Assembly: GCA_965601925.1 (NCBI GenBank)
Contig: OZ271854.1
Coordinates: 1,984,001-2,048,000, forward strand
Length of the DNA stretch: 64,000 nucleotides
Reading direction: 5' to 3'
Source of the DNA: Alkalispirochaeta sp.
GTDB lineage: Bacteria > Spirochaetota > Spirochaetia > DSM-27196 > Alkalispirochaetaceae
Shown: positions 1-10,318 of the stretch, piece by piece
Numbering within the stretch: the stretch's first letter is position 1
Layout of the letters: the number at the start of each line of letters is the position of its first letter
Program-made: the position numbers and the translations under genes
Notes under the pieces: model-generated
Told to the model about the DNA's origin: nothing
The model's input: the letters and a program-made list of their open reading frames with translations, nothing else
Database searches by the model: none

Positions 1-1217
1 ATCGATTCCAAAGTCTGTTCCAACAGGTGAAGACCGGCTCGCACCTCACGCGACGTGATTACCAACGGCGGTGCGATCCGAATTACATCGGCTCCGGACC
101 GGAGAACGATGAGCCCGAGATCTCGTGCGACGTCGAGAATTTCCGGGTAGAGATCGGCCTGCCGATCTCCCAGAGCTATCTTGAGTCCCCGCAGCATTCC
201 CAAGCCGCATACCCCCTCGACAAAGTCGAAGCGGTCGACGAGTAGCGACAGTCCTCGCTCCAGTTCACCGGCGCGCCGGCGAATCGTATCGAGAAACCCG
301 TCGCGCGTCAGCCGTCCCAGAATGTGCAGGGCGGCTGCGGACGTCACCGGCCCGCCGCCGAAGGTCGTGCCGTGGTCGCCGGGGGCGATCTCGTCGTTTA
401 CCACGGCGGGAATGAGCGTTGCCGACAACGGAAGCCCGCCGGCCAGCGGTTTGGAGAGGGTAATGATATCGGGGCGCAATCCGACGGCGGTGCTTCCGAA
501 ATACTCGCCCAGGCGCCCCAGACCCGTTTGTATCTCGTCGGCGATCAACAGTACGCCGCGCTCCGCGCAGAGCGTATTGAGTCTGTCGACCATCTCCGGA
601 GAGATGACGGTAAGCCCGCCTTCGCCCTGCACGACCTCTACGATTACCGCCGCGAACGTATCGTCCAGTATCTTCTCGAAAGAGTCGGGATCGTTAAACG
701 GCGACGTCTCGAAGCCCGGTACCAACGGTTCGAACTTGCGGCGGTACGCCGGGTTGGGAGTTGCCGACAATGCACCCATCGTCCTGCCGTGAAATGCTCG
801 ACCGAACGAAAGGATGCGGTGGTGTCCCGCGCCCTTCCGGGACAACGAGTACAGTCGCGCATACTTGATCGCCGCTTCGTTCGCCTCAGCGCCGCTGTTG
901 CCGAAATGCACCGCCGCGAACGGTGCACGACCGACTCCCGCCGCGAGGTTCAGGAGACGTCGGCCCAGCTCGATCGCCGGAGGCGTCGCGTAGAGGTTGG
1001 AGACGTGGACCAACCGTCGCATCTGGCGTTCCACGATCCGCGCTAAGCGGCGGTTGCCGTATCCCAGAGCGTTGACGGCGATGCCCGAACCCATGTCGAG
1101 ATATCGGTTGCCGTTGGCGTCCCAGAGCCATACGCCCTTGCCGTGCGATAACTGGAGCACCTGTCGAGCGTAGTTTTTTGCAAACGGCGTATCGCCGGTG
1201 AGCGCTGCTTTTCCCAT
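1..1217 (-). CDS. argD: Acetylornithine aminotransferase (class III PLP), 3' end just beyond the window edge
   Basis: Own translation from ATG 1217 (SD GGAGA): MGKAALTGDTPFAKNYARQVLQLSHGKGVWLWDANGNRYLDMGSGIAVNALGY...IADEIQTGLGRLG...PDIITLSKPLAGGLPLSA...VIRIAPPLVIT. Downstream of argB. Missing from the ORF track because there is no stop in the window. Confidence 0.93.
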   Translation of the reverse strand, partial: MGKAALTGDTPFAKNYARQVLQLSHGKGVWLWDANGNRYLDMGSGIAVNALGYGNRRLARIVERQMRRLVHVSNLYATPPAIELGRRLLNLAAGVGRAPFAAVHFGNSGAEANEAAIKYARLYSLSRKGAGHHRILSFGRAFHGRTMGALSATPNPAYRRKFEPLVPGFETSPFNDPDSFEKILDDTFAAVIVEVVQGEGGLTVISPEMVDRLNTLCAERGVLLIADEIQTGLGRLGEYFGSTAVGLRPDIITLSKPLAGGLPLSATLIPAVVNDEIAPGDHGTTFGGGPVTSAAALHILGRLTRDGFLDTIRRRAGELERGLSLLVDRFDFVEGVCGLGMLRGLKIALGDRQADLYPEILDVARDLGLIVLRSGADVIRIAPPLVITSREVRAGLHLLEQTLES

Positions 1218-1237
1218 TGTGTGTGTCTCCAATCGGT

Positions 1238-2068
1238 TCAGCCGAGCGAGCCTTCGACCCCATCCTTCGCGGCGTGGACGCCGGCGGCGACGATCGACGT
1301 GCCGCGCCGTCCGTTCATGAGCCCCTCGAGGTCCCCGGCGTCACCGTAGTTGCCTATCGCTATCCTGCCAACCCCCGCCGAGAGGGCCGAGCGGCACGCA
1401 CGCAGCTTGGCCGCCATGCCGTCCCGCGCGACTCCGCCGGCTATCAACCGCTCTATCGCATCGCCGTCGACGGTCGCCAGCGTATCGCCGGACTCGTCGA
1501 GGACGCCGGGAATGTCCGAGAGAAAGCAGAGCGTCGTCGCCTCTCCGCGGCCGGAGAGCGCCTCGGCGATCGCCTGGGCGGCGTCGTCGGCGTTGATGTT
1601 GACCGCCTCGCCGTCCTCCTCCGCGATACCGACACTCGCGACGATCGGAAGAAATCCCGCGTCCCGAACGGCCTTGAGCGCATCCAGGCGAACGCGGTGC
1701 GGGACGGCGGTGCGGCTGGCCGCCGCCTTCGCAGCGGTGATCCGTCGTCCGCGCAAGAGTCCTCCGTCGGCTCCTGTGATGCCGATCGCCGATACTCCGT
1801 GTCGCTCTGCGAGTCGAACCAACTCGGTATTGACGCGTCCCGCGAGGATCATGTCTACGACCGCCATTTCATCCTCGCCGGTGATCCGTATACCATCGAC
1901 AAAATGCGGATCGATTCCCAATCGACGACTCATATCGTTGACCGCCTTTCCTCCGCCGTGGACGAGAACCGTCCGTTCCGGCCGCTTTGCGAGCTCGACG
2001 ATAAGGGCGGCGGTGAGGCGGTCATCGAGCGCGACGGCTCCGCCGATCTTCACGACGAGATAACTCAC
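1238..2068 (-). CDS. argB: Acetylglutamate kinase
   Basis: VVKIGG, LVHGGGK, GIRIT, NINADD, SDIPGVL and GMAAKL motifs. GTG start overlaps the argC stop (GTGA). Confidence 0.92.
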   Translation of the reverse strand: MSYLVVKIGGAVALDDRLTAALIVELAKRPERTVLVHGGGKAVNDMSRRLGIDPHFVDGIRITGEDEMAVVDMILAGRVNTELVRLAERHGVSAIGITGADGGLLRGRRITAAKAAASRTAVPHRVRLDALKAVRDAGFLPIVASVGIAEEDGEAVNINADDAAQAIAEALSGRGEATTLCFLSDIPGVLDESGDTLATVDGDAIERLIAGGVARDGMAAKLRACRSALSAGVGRIAIGNYGDAGDLEGLMNGRRGTSIVAAGVHAAKDGVEGSLG

Positions 2069-3096
2069 AGTTCCGTCCCGTGTGCGAGGCCCGCGGTCTC
2101 GGGCAGGGAGAAGCGGATGTTCATGTTTTGCACGGCTTGTCCCGAGGCGCCTTTCCAGAGATTGTCTATCACGGACATGAGGATGAGGCATCCCTTCTCC
2201 TCTCTCCAGCCGATGCGAATCCGGTTGGTGCCGCGGACGTGGCGCGACTCCGGCGGCGTTTCGCCGGTAAACTCGACAAACGGCTCATCGTCCCACGCGG
2301 AGCGGAGAGCATCTATCGCGGGGCGCGGTGAGTCGGTCGGTACGACGGTCGTGACCGCCATGCCTTGTTTGATCGGCACGAGGTGAGGATTGAAGATAAT
2401 CACGTGACCCTCGGTGCCGCGCGCGAGATCGAGCTTTTCGGCGATCTCCGCGCCGTGGCGATGCTGAGTACCCACCGAGTAAGCGTTGGCATTTTCGCTC
2501 CGCTCGGCAAAGAGGAGGTTGCGCTTCTCGGTGCGCCCCGCGCCGGAGATTCCGCTCAACGCGTTCACCACCACCGTCCCGGCTATGAGCCCCGCGCGGG
2601 CGATGGGCAAGAGCGGAAGAAGCGTCGCGGTCGGGTAGCATCCCGGATTTGCTATGAGCTTCGCGTCGGCGATCTGCGCTCGATACCATTCGCTCAACCC
2701 GTAGACCGCGCTCCGTTGAAACTCCGGAAGCGGTGCATCGGCGCCGTAGGCGTCCCGAAATCGGTGCGGATCGTCGAAACGGAAATCCGCCGACAGGTCA
2801 ACGACGGGCACCGAACCGAGTATCGGCGCACAGACCGTCGCCGACGCTCCGTGGGGCAGTGCGGAAAAGACCACGTCGCCGGGGTCCTGAAGAGCCTCCT
2901 CGGGATTCAAAACGGTCGGTGCGAATCGGCCTCCGTCGTTGCTCGAAACGAAGAGGCCGGGGTCGGCCTCCTCTACGGCGACTCCCGCGAGACTCCGGCT
3001 CGAAGCGACGATGCGAGTGATATGGGGATGCCGTGCCAGAATGCGTATGAGAAGCATTCCGGCGTAACCGTTTGCGCCGAGTACTGTCGCTTTCAT
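2065..3096 (-). CDS. argC: N-acetyl-gamma-glutamyl-phosphate reductase
   Basis: GANGYAG Rossmann motif, DLSADFR, catalytic NPGCYPT, SGISGAG, DNLWKGASGQAVQN. Confidence 0.96.
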   Translation of the reverse strand: MKATVLGANGYAGMLLIRILARHPHITRIVASSRSLAGVAVEEADPGLFVSSNDGGRFAPTVLNPEEALQDPGDVVFSALPHGASATVCAPILGSVPVVDLSADFRFDDPHRFRDAYGADAPLPEFQRSAVYGLSEWYRAQIADAKLIANPGCYPTATLLPLLPIARAGLIAGTVVVNALSGISGAGRTEKRNLLFAERSENANAYSVGTQHRHGAEIAEKLDLARGTEGHVIIFNPHLVPIKQGMAVTTVVPTDSPRPAIDALRSAWDDEPFVEFTGETPPESRHVRGTNRIRIGWREEKGCLILMSVIDNLWKGASGQAVQNMNIRFSLPETAGLAHGTEL

Positions 3097-3566
3097 TAGT
3101 CTTCAAATTCGGGTACGCGTTCGCGTAGCTGTTCCAAGAACGCCTCCCGGGCAATATCCTCCCGGAGGGCCACCAACACGGTATCGTTACCGGCCACCGT
3201 ACCGAGTACTGCGTCTATGTTCAAGTTATCGATTGCGATCGCAACGCTGTCGGCGTGGCCGTTGAGCGTTCGGATAACGGCCATCGATGTGGTGAAATCG
3301 AGCGAAACGTACCCGCGAGCGAAGTCTTGTGCGAAATTTCGCTCTTGCTCGCGACGAATCTCCTCGCTCGGAAGGCTGTAAAAGTACCCTTCGCTGCCGA
3401 TTGCCTGCTTGCCGACCTTCAATAGCTTCAAATCGCGCGAGAGAGTGGCTTGTGTGACGTGGTAGCCCTCTCGTTCTAAGCGGCGCAGGAGCCGCTCCTG
3501 GCTCTCTATGCGTTCGCCCTTGATGATCTTTTTTATGATTTTCAGGCGCTGTTGGCGTTCACGCAC
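3096..3566 (-). CDS. argR: Arginine repressor
   Basis: SQE, VTQATLSRDLK and GTVAGNDT motifs. First gene of the arg operon. Confidence 0.95.
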   Translation of the reverse strand: MRERQQRLKIIKKIIKGERIESQERLLRRLEREGYHVTQATLSRDLKLLKVGKQAIGSEGYFYSLPSEEIRREQERNFAQDFARGYVSLDFTTSMAVIRTLNGHADSVAIAIDNLNIDAVLGTVAGNDTVLVALREDIAREAFLEQLRERVPEFED

Positions 3567-3583
3567 CGTGTATCCCTCTTTTA

Positions 3584-3597
3584 CGCATATTTATGCT
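3584..3597. promoter_or_regulatory. ARG box (ArgR operator) in the argR leader
   Basis: cGCAT-ATTT-ATGCt matches TGMAT-W4-ATKCA at 12 of 14 positions. It lies between the predicted -10 and the argR SD. Confidence 0.7.
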
Positions 3598-3610
3598 GAA
3601 CCGCGGCAAA

Positions 3611-3639
3611 AAGTTACGTCATCATTGTGAGAGTTTCAA
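3611..3639 (-). promoter_or_regulatory. Sigma70-type promoter of the arg operon
   Basis: TTGAAA-17-TAACTT on the minus strand. Confidence 0.6.
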
Positions 3640-3655
3640 CTGCATCGAATGAACA

Positions 3656-3684
3656 TTGCTCGATCCTCGGGGAGCGATTACACT
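3656..3684 (+). promoter_or_regulatory. Sigma70-type promoter of fapA-birA
   Basis: TTGCTC-17-TACACT, followed by SD AAGGA. Confidence 0.55.
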
Positions 3685-3701
3685 CCCTGTGAAGGACCGG
3701 C

Positions 3702-5054
3702 ATGGATCAAAACGGCTTAGTCGAGTTGTCCGTCAGTGAAGACTATATGATCGCGTACGGAGATTTCCTGCCTCCCTCGGGCGACGGTGCGCCGCTCGCG
3801 GTGGACTATGTGGACTCCATCCTGGAATCGGACGGCATCATCCACGGTATCGATGAAGCGGCGATCGCGGAGGCGGTCTTGTTCGCCAATACCGAGCGGC
3901 GGGCGAAAAGGGGCGTCGTCGTCGCCCGGGGAACGGCTCCAAAGTCGGCGCGGCCCTCATTTTATCGCGTACTGGAAGAGAGCCCGACTCGCCTCAAAGC
4001 CATGGAGGACGCTCAACGAGTCGACCATAAAGGGCTGAGCCGCATACCGATCGTGCACGCCGGCGATATCATCGCCCGGTTGGTTCCCGCCGAGGAAGGA
4101 GTTCCCGGCATGACGATTCGCGGCGACGAGGTACCGTTCGAGACGATTGCTATCGATATGCTCTCTCCGGGTAAGAATACGCACGTTGCGAATGCCGCCG
4201 TGGTCGCCGAGGTCGGCGGGTTGTTAATGAAACGGGACGGACGGTTCTTCGTGGAAGATCGTCTCGAGATTACCGGCGACGTGGGCTACGGTACCGGTAG
4301 CATCGAGTTTCCCGGCGACGTGGTGCTCAAAGGCGAGATCAAAGACGGTTTTCACGTCTGGGCGGGCGGTTCCGTACAATCGTCGGTGACCGTCGACGTG
4401 TCCGAGATTTACTGCCGCGACGAGTTCGCCTCCACCGGTGGATTGGTGGGACGCGGAAAGGCGCTGCTCCGCTGCGGGGGGAAGGTGCAAGTGCGTTTCG
4501 TCGGAAACTGCCACGTCGAGAGTATGTCGTCGGTGTATGTGAAGCAATACGTGTATCACAGCCACATCGGATGTCAGGATCGTTTCGCGACCGGCAAGAA
4601 AGGTCAAATCATCGGCGGCGTCGTCACCGCCGTAAATGGCCTGCGATGCGCCACGTTGGGCAACGACGCGAACATCCCGACCCTCATCAGGGTGGGAATC
4701 GATTTCATCATCGAGCGCAAACTGAGCCTCATAAAGGAGAAGTTCATAGCTCTGAAGGTGCGTACTCAAAAACTCATCGACCATCTCGGCGATGATCCGA
4801 CGGACCGTCAAATCGACATCCTTCAGAAGCTCGAAGAGGGCCGTAACCTGCTGGCGACCCAAATGGGTGAACTCGCCTCCGCCCTGGATACCAACGAAGA
4901 GGCGGAGGTGATCGTCGACGGCGCGGTCTATCCCGGTGTTCAGGTTCAGATCTGCCGGGCAAGCTACACGGTCGTCGGCGAGCTGAGCCATGTGCGATTC
5001 GTTCTGGAGAAGAGCACCGGGCGCATCGTTCCTAAACCGTTGGACGGTCAATGA
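3702..5054 (+). CDS. FapA family (DUF342) protein
   Basis: GIIHGIDE N-terminal segment, GDVGYGTGSIEFPGDV beta-solenoid start, coiled coil, C-terminal VYPGVQVQI. Confidence 0.85.
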   Translation: MDQNGLVELSVSEDYMIAYGDFLPPSGDGAPLAVDYVDSILESDGIIHGIDEAAIAEAVLFANTERRAKRGVVVARGTAPKSARPSFYRVLEESPTRLKAMEDAQRVDHKGLSRIPIVHAGDIIARLVPAEEGVPGMTIRGDEVPFETIAIDMLSPGKNTHVANAAVVAEVGGLLMKRDGRFFVEDRLEITGDVGYGTGSIEFPGDVVLKGEIKDGFHVWAGGSVQSSVTVDVSEIYCRDEFASTGGLVGRGKALLRCGGKVQVRFVGNCHVESMSSVYVKQYVYHSHIGCQDRFATGKKGQIIGGVVTAVNGLRCATLGNDANIPTLIRVGIDFIIERKLSLIKEKFIALKVRTQKLIDHLGDDPTDRQIDILQKLEEGRNLLATQMGELASALDTNEEAEVIVDGAVYPGVQVQICRASYTVVGELSHVRFVLEKSTGRIVPKPLDGQ

Positions 5055-5836
5055 GCGCGGTGGACCGCCTACGCTCGGCCGATGCGGCGCCTTCGCCCTG
5101 GCCCGAGCTCTTTTTCCCCGCCCTCGACTCTACCATGGACGAGGCTCGACGCTTCACGGCCCGTGCCGGGGCGGAACGAGACGCCTTCCGTGTTCGCAGT
5201 GCGCTCCAATGGCGCGGCCGCGGGCGTCGCGGGCGCGCGTGGTTCGATCGCCCCGGTGAGGCGATCCTGACTACCCTCGCGATCCGACGACGAGGAGTCT
5301 TCGATCCCGGAGACGCCAACCCCGGCACGCTTGCCCTTCGAATCGGCGCGGCCGTGCTGGAGGTCGTCCGAGGCAAGGTGACGCGAAACGATGTTTGCAT
5401 CAAATGGCCCAACGATATTCTCGTCGAAGGCCGTAAGCTGTGCGGTATACTCGTCGAGGCCGATGCACGCTGGTTTCTCGTGGGAATCGGAATCAACGGG
5501 ATGGCTCCCGTCCGGTCGCGGTTCGCCGTTTCCGTACACGACGAGGCGGCGAACCCGGTCTCGTTGCGGGAACTCGGATGGCGCGGTGGGTATCACGAAC
5601 TGCTGTCGATGCTGGACGCCTCAATTGCACACTTCCTCGCCGGATCCGCGTGGCACTCGGTCGTTTCCGACCATCTGTCGTGGCGTGGGGAGAGAGTTGT
5701 CGTCGCCGACGAACATAACGAAGTATCGGGTGTCGTCGCGAGGATCGACCGAGACGGCTCGCTGGTGCTCGATACGACCGATGGAGCCGTGCGCGTCGTC
5801 AGCGGGACGGTTCGGAGAGCACGGACGCCGTCCTGA
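5051..5836 (+). CDS. birA: Biotin-[acetyl-CoA-carboxylase] ligase (no HTH)
   Basis: DSTMD, QWRGRGRRGRAW, IKWPNDILVEGRKLCGILVE, VGIGIN. Confidence 0.92.
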   Translation: MSAVDRLRSADAAPSPWPELFFPALDSTMDEARRFTARAGAERDAFRVRSALQWRGRGRRGRAWFDRPGEAILTTLAIRRRGVFDPGDANPGTLALRIGAAVLEVVRGKVTRNDVCIKWPNDILVEGRKLCGILVEADARWFLVGIGINGMAPVRSRFAVSVHDEAANPVSLRELGWRGGYHELLSMLDASIAHFLAGSAWHSVVSDHLSWRGERVVVADEHNEVSGVVARIDRDGSLVLDTTDGAVRVVSGTVRRARTPS

Positions 5837-7532
5837 ATCCGTCGATCTCGGTACGTAGACGATTCGCGACGTCGATCGAGTCGTCTTCGCCGAGAATCAG
5901 TCGATACGTCGCCGTCCAAAACGCAGCGTGAAAAACTGCATCGTGCGGTGAACGGATAAGGCCGAAGGGGTACCACACGAGATGCGCGCCCTCCTTCCCC
6001 CGGTGTACGGCGAAGCAGAACGGTACGACGGCCTCGCCGCGCGGATCGATCGCCGCGACGGTCAACGGGCCGCGTTCGGTCTCCAGACGCACCGCCGACC
6101 CCACGGCCGCCTCCTCGCTCGGTCCGACGGCTCCTCTCGTGCGCCGCGCATCGTCCCGGCGCATCCCGAGCTGAAACGGCGTGGTTGCACCTTTGGGGTC
6201 GAGGAGCGACGCCTCTACGGCGCGTTCTTCTTTAAGCGTGACAAGCGGTACCTCCAAAAGGCCGAGGCGATACAAGTCGTCGGGCGGCGAGTCCAGACGA
6301 GTGACGGCGAAGTTGAGTATGAGGCCCGGTGACGCGTCGACGACGAACGCGGTCGACTCGAGATGAAATACGCCGTCCAGTACCGCCGTTTCTCGCACTC
6401 CCCGAATAGAGCGGGCGGTAAACCACGCGGCGGTCTCCGTTTCGAGATAACGTGTGCGATAGCGCACCGGGCCGCGTCGTTGCGCATGATACTGGACGAA
6501 GCCTTGAGCGCGCCGGAGCGGAACGACGCGATCTCCCTTTTTGCTCAAGCCGCAAAAACGTCCGGCGGCGAAGTGAACGGTGGTCTCCTCGTCGTCCAAA
6601 GAGAGCTTCCCCGTGATGCCCCCCTGCACGTCGCGGCCCTGAAAGCGATCTTCGCGCGGGAGCGAGCTTGCCATGGCCTCGTTCGAGGTCGCTCGCGGCT
6701 CCCACGGGTCTGCGGCGATAGACAGTATTCGACGCGTACGCTCTCGATGGGATGTCCGGCCGTTACGGACGGATATGAGGCGTGCGATCTCATCGGGCGA
6801 CGTCCACCGTGACGGAGTCGGCCGACCGTCGCCGAAGAGTATTCGCCGCGGCGCCGCGTCGGTTTGGAGGCGCTCCGTCCACGGACCGTCGCCGCCGGCG
6901 GCCGACAGCCGTTTGATCAGCTCGACCGTGGAGGCCTCGGGCATCTGTACCGTCCCGTCGTCATCGCGCGGCAACACAAGGTGCGTCACGTCGAACCCGT
7001 TCGCCGGAACGGATAGATCGGTCGCGGCGGCGGATACAAAGAGCGAACGGAGGCGCCCCCACCGTTCCTTATGGAAAAACCACAGATCGTGGATCTCTCC
7101 CGGTGTGAGCGTTGCGGCGGGAGAGTCGACCCCGTACCCGGCGCATACGGCGCCGCCTTCGGCGAGACGTTCCACCTGACCTCGCGTCGGGGAATGGGGA
7201 AAGTAGCACTCCGGCACAACGCCGAACAGCTGGAGGAAACCGGTGCCTTCGTCGGAGGTGCGGCTCCATGCAAGCTCCCACCGCAGCTCGTCGGAGAGGA
7301 GAAGGTGGGCACGTGCGCCGGACCATCCGCCGCTCCACACCGCGACCGAACCCTCGCGGCAGGCCCGTGAGAAATCGTCTACCGTCGATCGTTGCGCCGC
7401 CGTTTCGGGAGGGGAGAGCGGCGAGGCGCAGTGTACCACCGGCCGAACGGCGGCGTCGGCGAATAGATCTACACACCCCATGAGAACCGCGAGATCGTCG
7501 ATGGAACGACCGCTGCTTGACAATAAGATCAT
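5799..7532 (-). CDS. Hypothetical protein; N-terminus weakly resembles a degenerate GH57/deacetylase-type barrel
   Basis: 577-aa ORF filling the gap. Segment WSGGWSGARAHLLLSDELRWELAWS...FGVVP. Overlaps the birA 3' end. Confidence 0.6.
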   Translation of the reverse strand: MILLSSSGRSIDDLAVLMGCVDLFADAAVRPVVHCASPLSPPETAAQRSTVDDFSRACREGSVAVWSGGWSGARAHLLLSDELRWELAWSRTSDEGTGFLQLFGVVPECYFPHSPTRGQVERLAEGGAVCAGYGVDSPAATLTPGEIHDLWFFHKERWGRLRSLFVSAAATDLSVPANGFDVTHLVLPRDDDGTVQMPEASTVELIKRLSAAGGDGPWTERLQTDAAPRRILFGDGRPTPSRWTSPDEIARLISVRNGRTSHRERTRRILSIAADPWEPRATSNEAMASSLPREDRFQGRDVQGGITGKLSLDDEETTVHFAAGRFCGLSKKGDRVVPLRRAQGFVQYHAQRRGPVRYRTRYLETETAAWFTARSIRGVRETAVLDGVFHLESTAFVVDASPGLILNFAVTRLDSPPDDLYRLGLLEVPLVTLKEERAVEASLLDPKGATTPFQLGMRRDDARRTRGAVGPSEEAAVGSAVRLETERGPLTVAAIDPRGEAVVPFCFAVHRGKEGAHLVWYPFGLIRSPHDAVFHAAFWTATYRLILGEDDSIDVANRLRTEIDGFRTASVLSEPSR

Positions 7533-7584
7533 AAGACCGTACGTATTATTCCCATATTTCGATCAAAATTAATGCGAAAATCAG

Positions 7585-9328
<1,744 letters not shown>

Positions 9329-9365
9329 TCGCCCACCCCGACACCATTGTTTGGTGATATAATAG

Positions 9366-9393
9366 AACGGCGGGATTCGTCCCGCCGTTTTTT
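9366..9393 (+). terminator. Intrinsic terminator after groEL
   Basis: AACGGCGGGA-TTCG-TCCCGCCGTT followed by TTTT. Confidence 0.88.
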
Positions 9394-9419
9394 GTCTCTT
9401 TCGAGTGGGGAAGATTGCA

Positions 9420-9707
9420 ATGAAACGTGAAGATTTCGTCTGTGCCGTCGGATTCGACGGCAACTGTGCGATTGTCGACGGCTCGGCGCGGCGACGCTAC
9501 GGAGCGCTTAAGGTCGCGGAGTTACTCGACAAAGGGCTATACCGATACGCGTTTCGGGCCGCTCTGTATGACGGATCCCTCGAAGACTATCTTCCTCGAT
9601 TTGTTGAGGCCAGCGGGATCGAGATATCCTCGATTGAAGCGCTCAAGCGCCTCTTCGGCGTATTCGAGGCGCCGGACGACTCGATCAGTACGCGCGCGAT
9701 CTCGTAG
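9420..9707 (+). CDS. Small hypothetical protein
   Basis: 95-aa ORF MKREDFVCAVGFDGN... with a GGGGAAG SD-like element upstream. Confidence 0.65.
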   Translation: MKREDFVCAVGFDGNCAIVDGSARRRYGALKVAELLDKGLYRYAFRAALYDGSLEDYLPRFVEASGIEISSIEALKRLFGVFEAPDDSISTRAIS

Positions 9708-9831
9708 GTCCCGACCTCGGTAGCGCGTCCGACGCCGGCGCGCGCCTCGCGACGACCTCTTTCGCGACGGTTTACGGCGTCGGTGCTCCCGGCCGTATCG
9801 ACGCGCGATTCTGTACGACGGTCGGTTCAAC

Positions 9832-9860
9832 TTGACCGAGCACCGACGGCGTGTTACGGT
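9832..9860 (+). promoter_or_regulatory. Sigma70-type promoter of yajC-secDF
   Basis: TTGACC-17-TACGGT with an extended -10 TG. Confidence 0.5.
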
Positions 9861-9897
9861 ACTCAGAAATTTTCGCATTGTATAAGGACGAAACAAA

Positions 9898-10287
9898 ATG
9901 AATATGATGTTCAACGTGCCTCTTCTCGCCGGTGCCGCGGAAGGTGCCGGTGCCGGTGGGCCCGCAACCGCAGCGCCTACGACCCTGATAATGTTCGGGC
10001 TCGTATTCGCGATCTTTTACTTTTTGATCATTCGTCCTCAGAATAAGCGTCAGAAAGAGACCAAATCGATGTTGGAAGCTCTCAAAAAGGGCGACCGCGT
10101 GGTCACCATCGGCGGTATTCGAGGTACGATCTTCTCACTCAAAGACGACGCGGTAGTGCTCAAGGTAGACGACAACACGAAGATTCAGTTCTCGCGCAGC
10201 GCCATCGGCTCCGTTCTGGAGAAAAAGCCGAGCGGCAAAGAGAGCGCCGAGACCGCCGAAGAAAACGGCGATTCCGAATCCAAGTAA
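9898..10287 (+). CDS. yajC: Preprotein translocase subunit YajC
   Basis: FYFLIIRPQNKRQK...LKKGDRVVTIGGIRG. Confidence 0.95.
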   Translation: MNMMFNVPLLAGAAEGAGAGGPATAAPTTLIMFGLVFAIFYFLIIRPQNKRQKETKSMLEALKKGDRVVTIGGIRGTIFSLKDDAVVLKVDDNTKIQFSRSAIGSVLEKKPSGKESAETAEENGDSESK

Positions 10288-10318
10288 CGATTAATATTCT
10301 CCAATCGGAGTTGCCCGA

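Noticed and set aside
9708..9850. Alternative GC-rich pairings upstream of yajC
   Set aside because: Short GC-rich complements overlapping the predicted promoter; likely chance.
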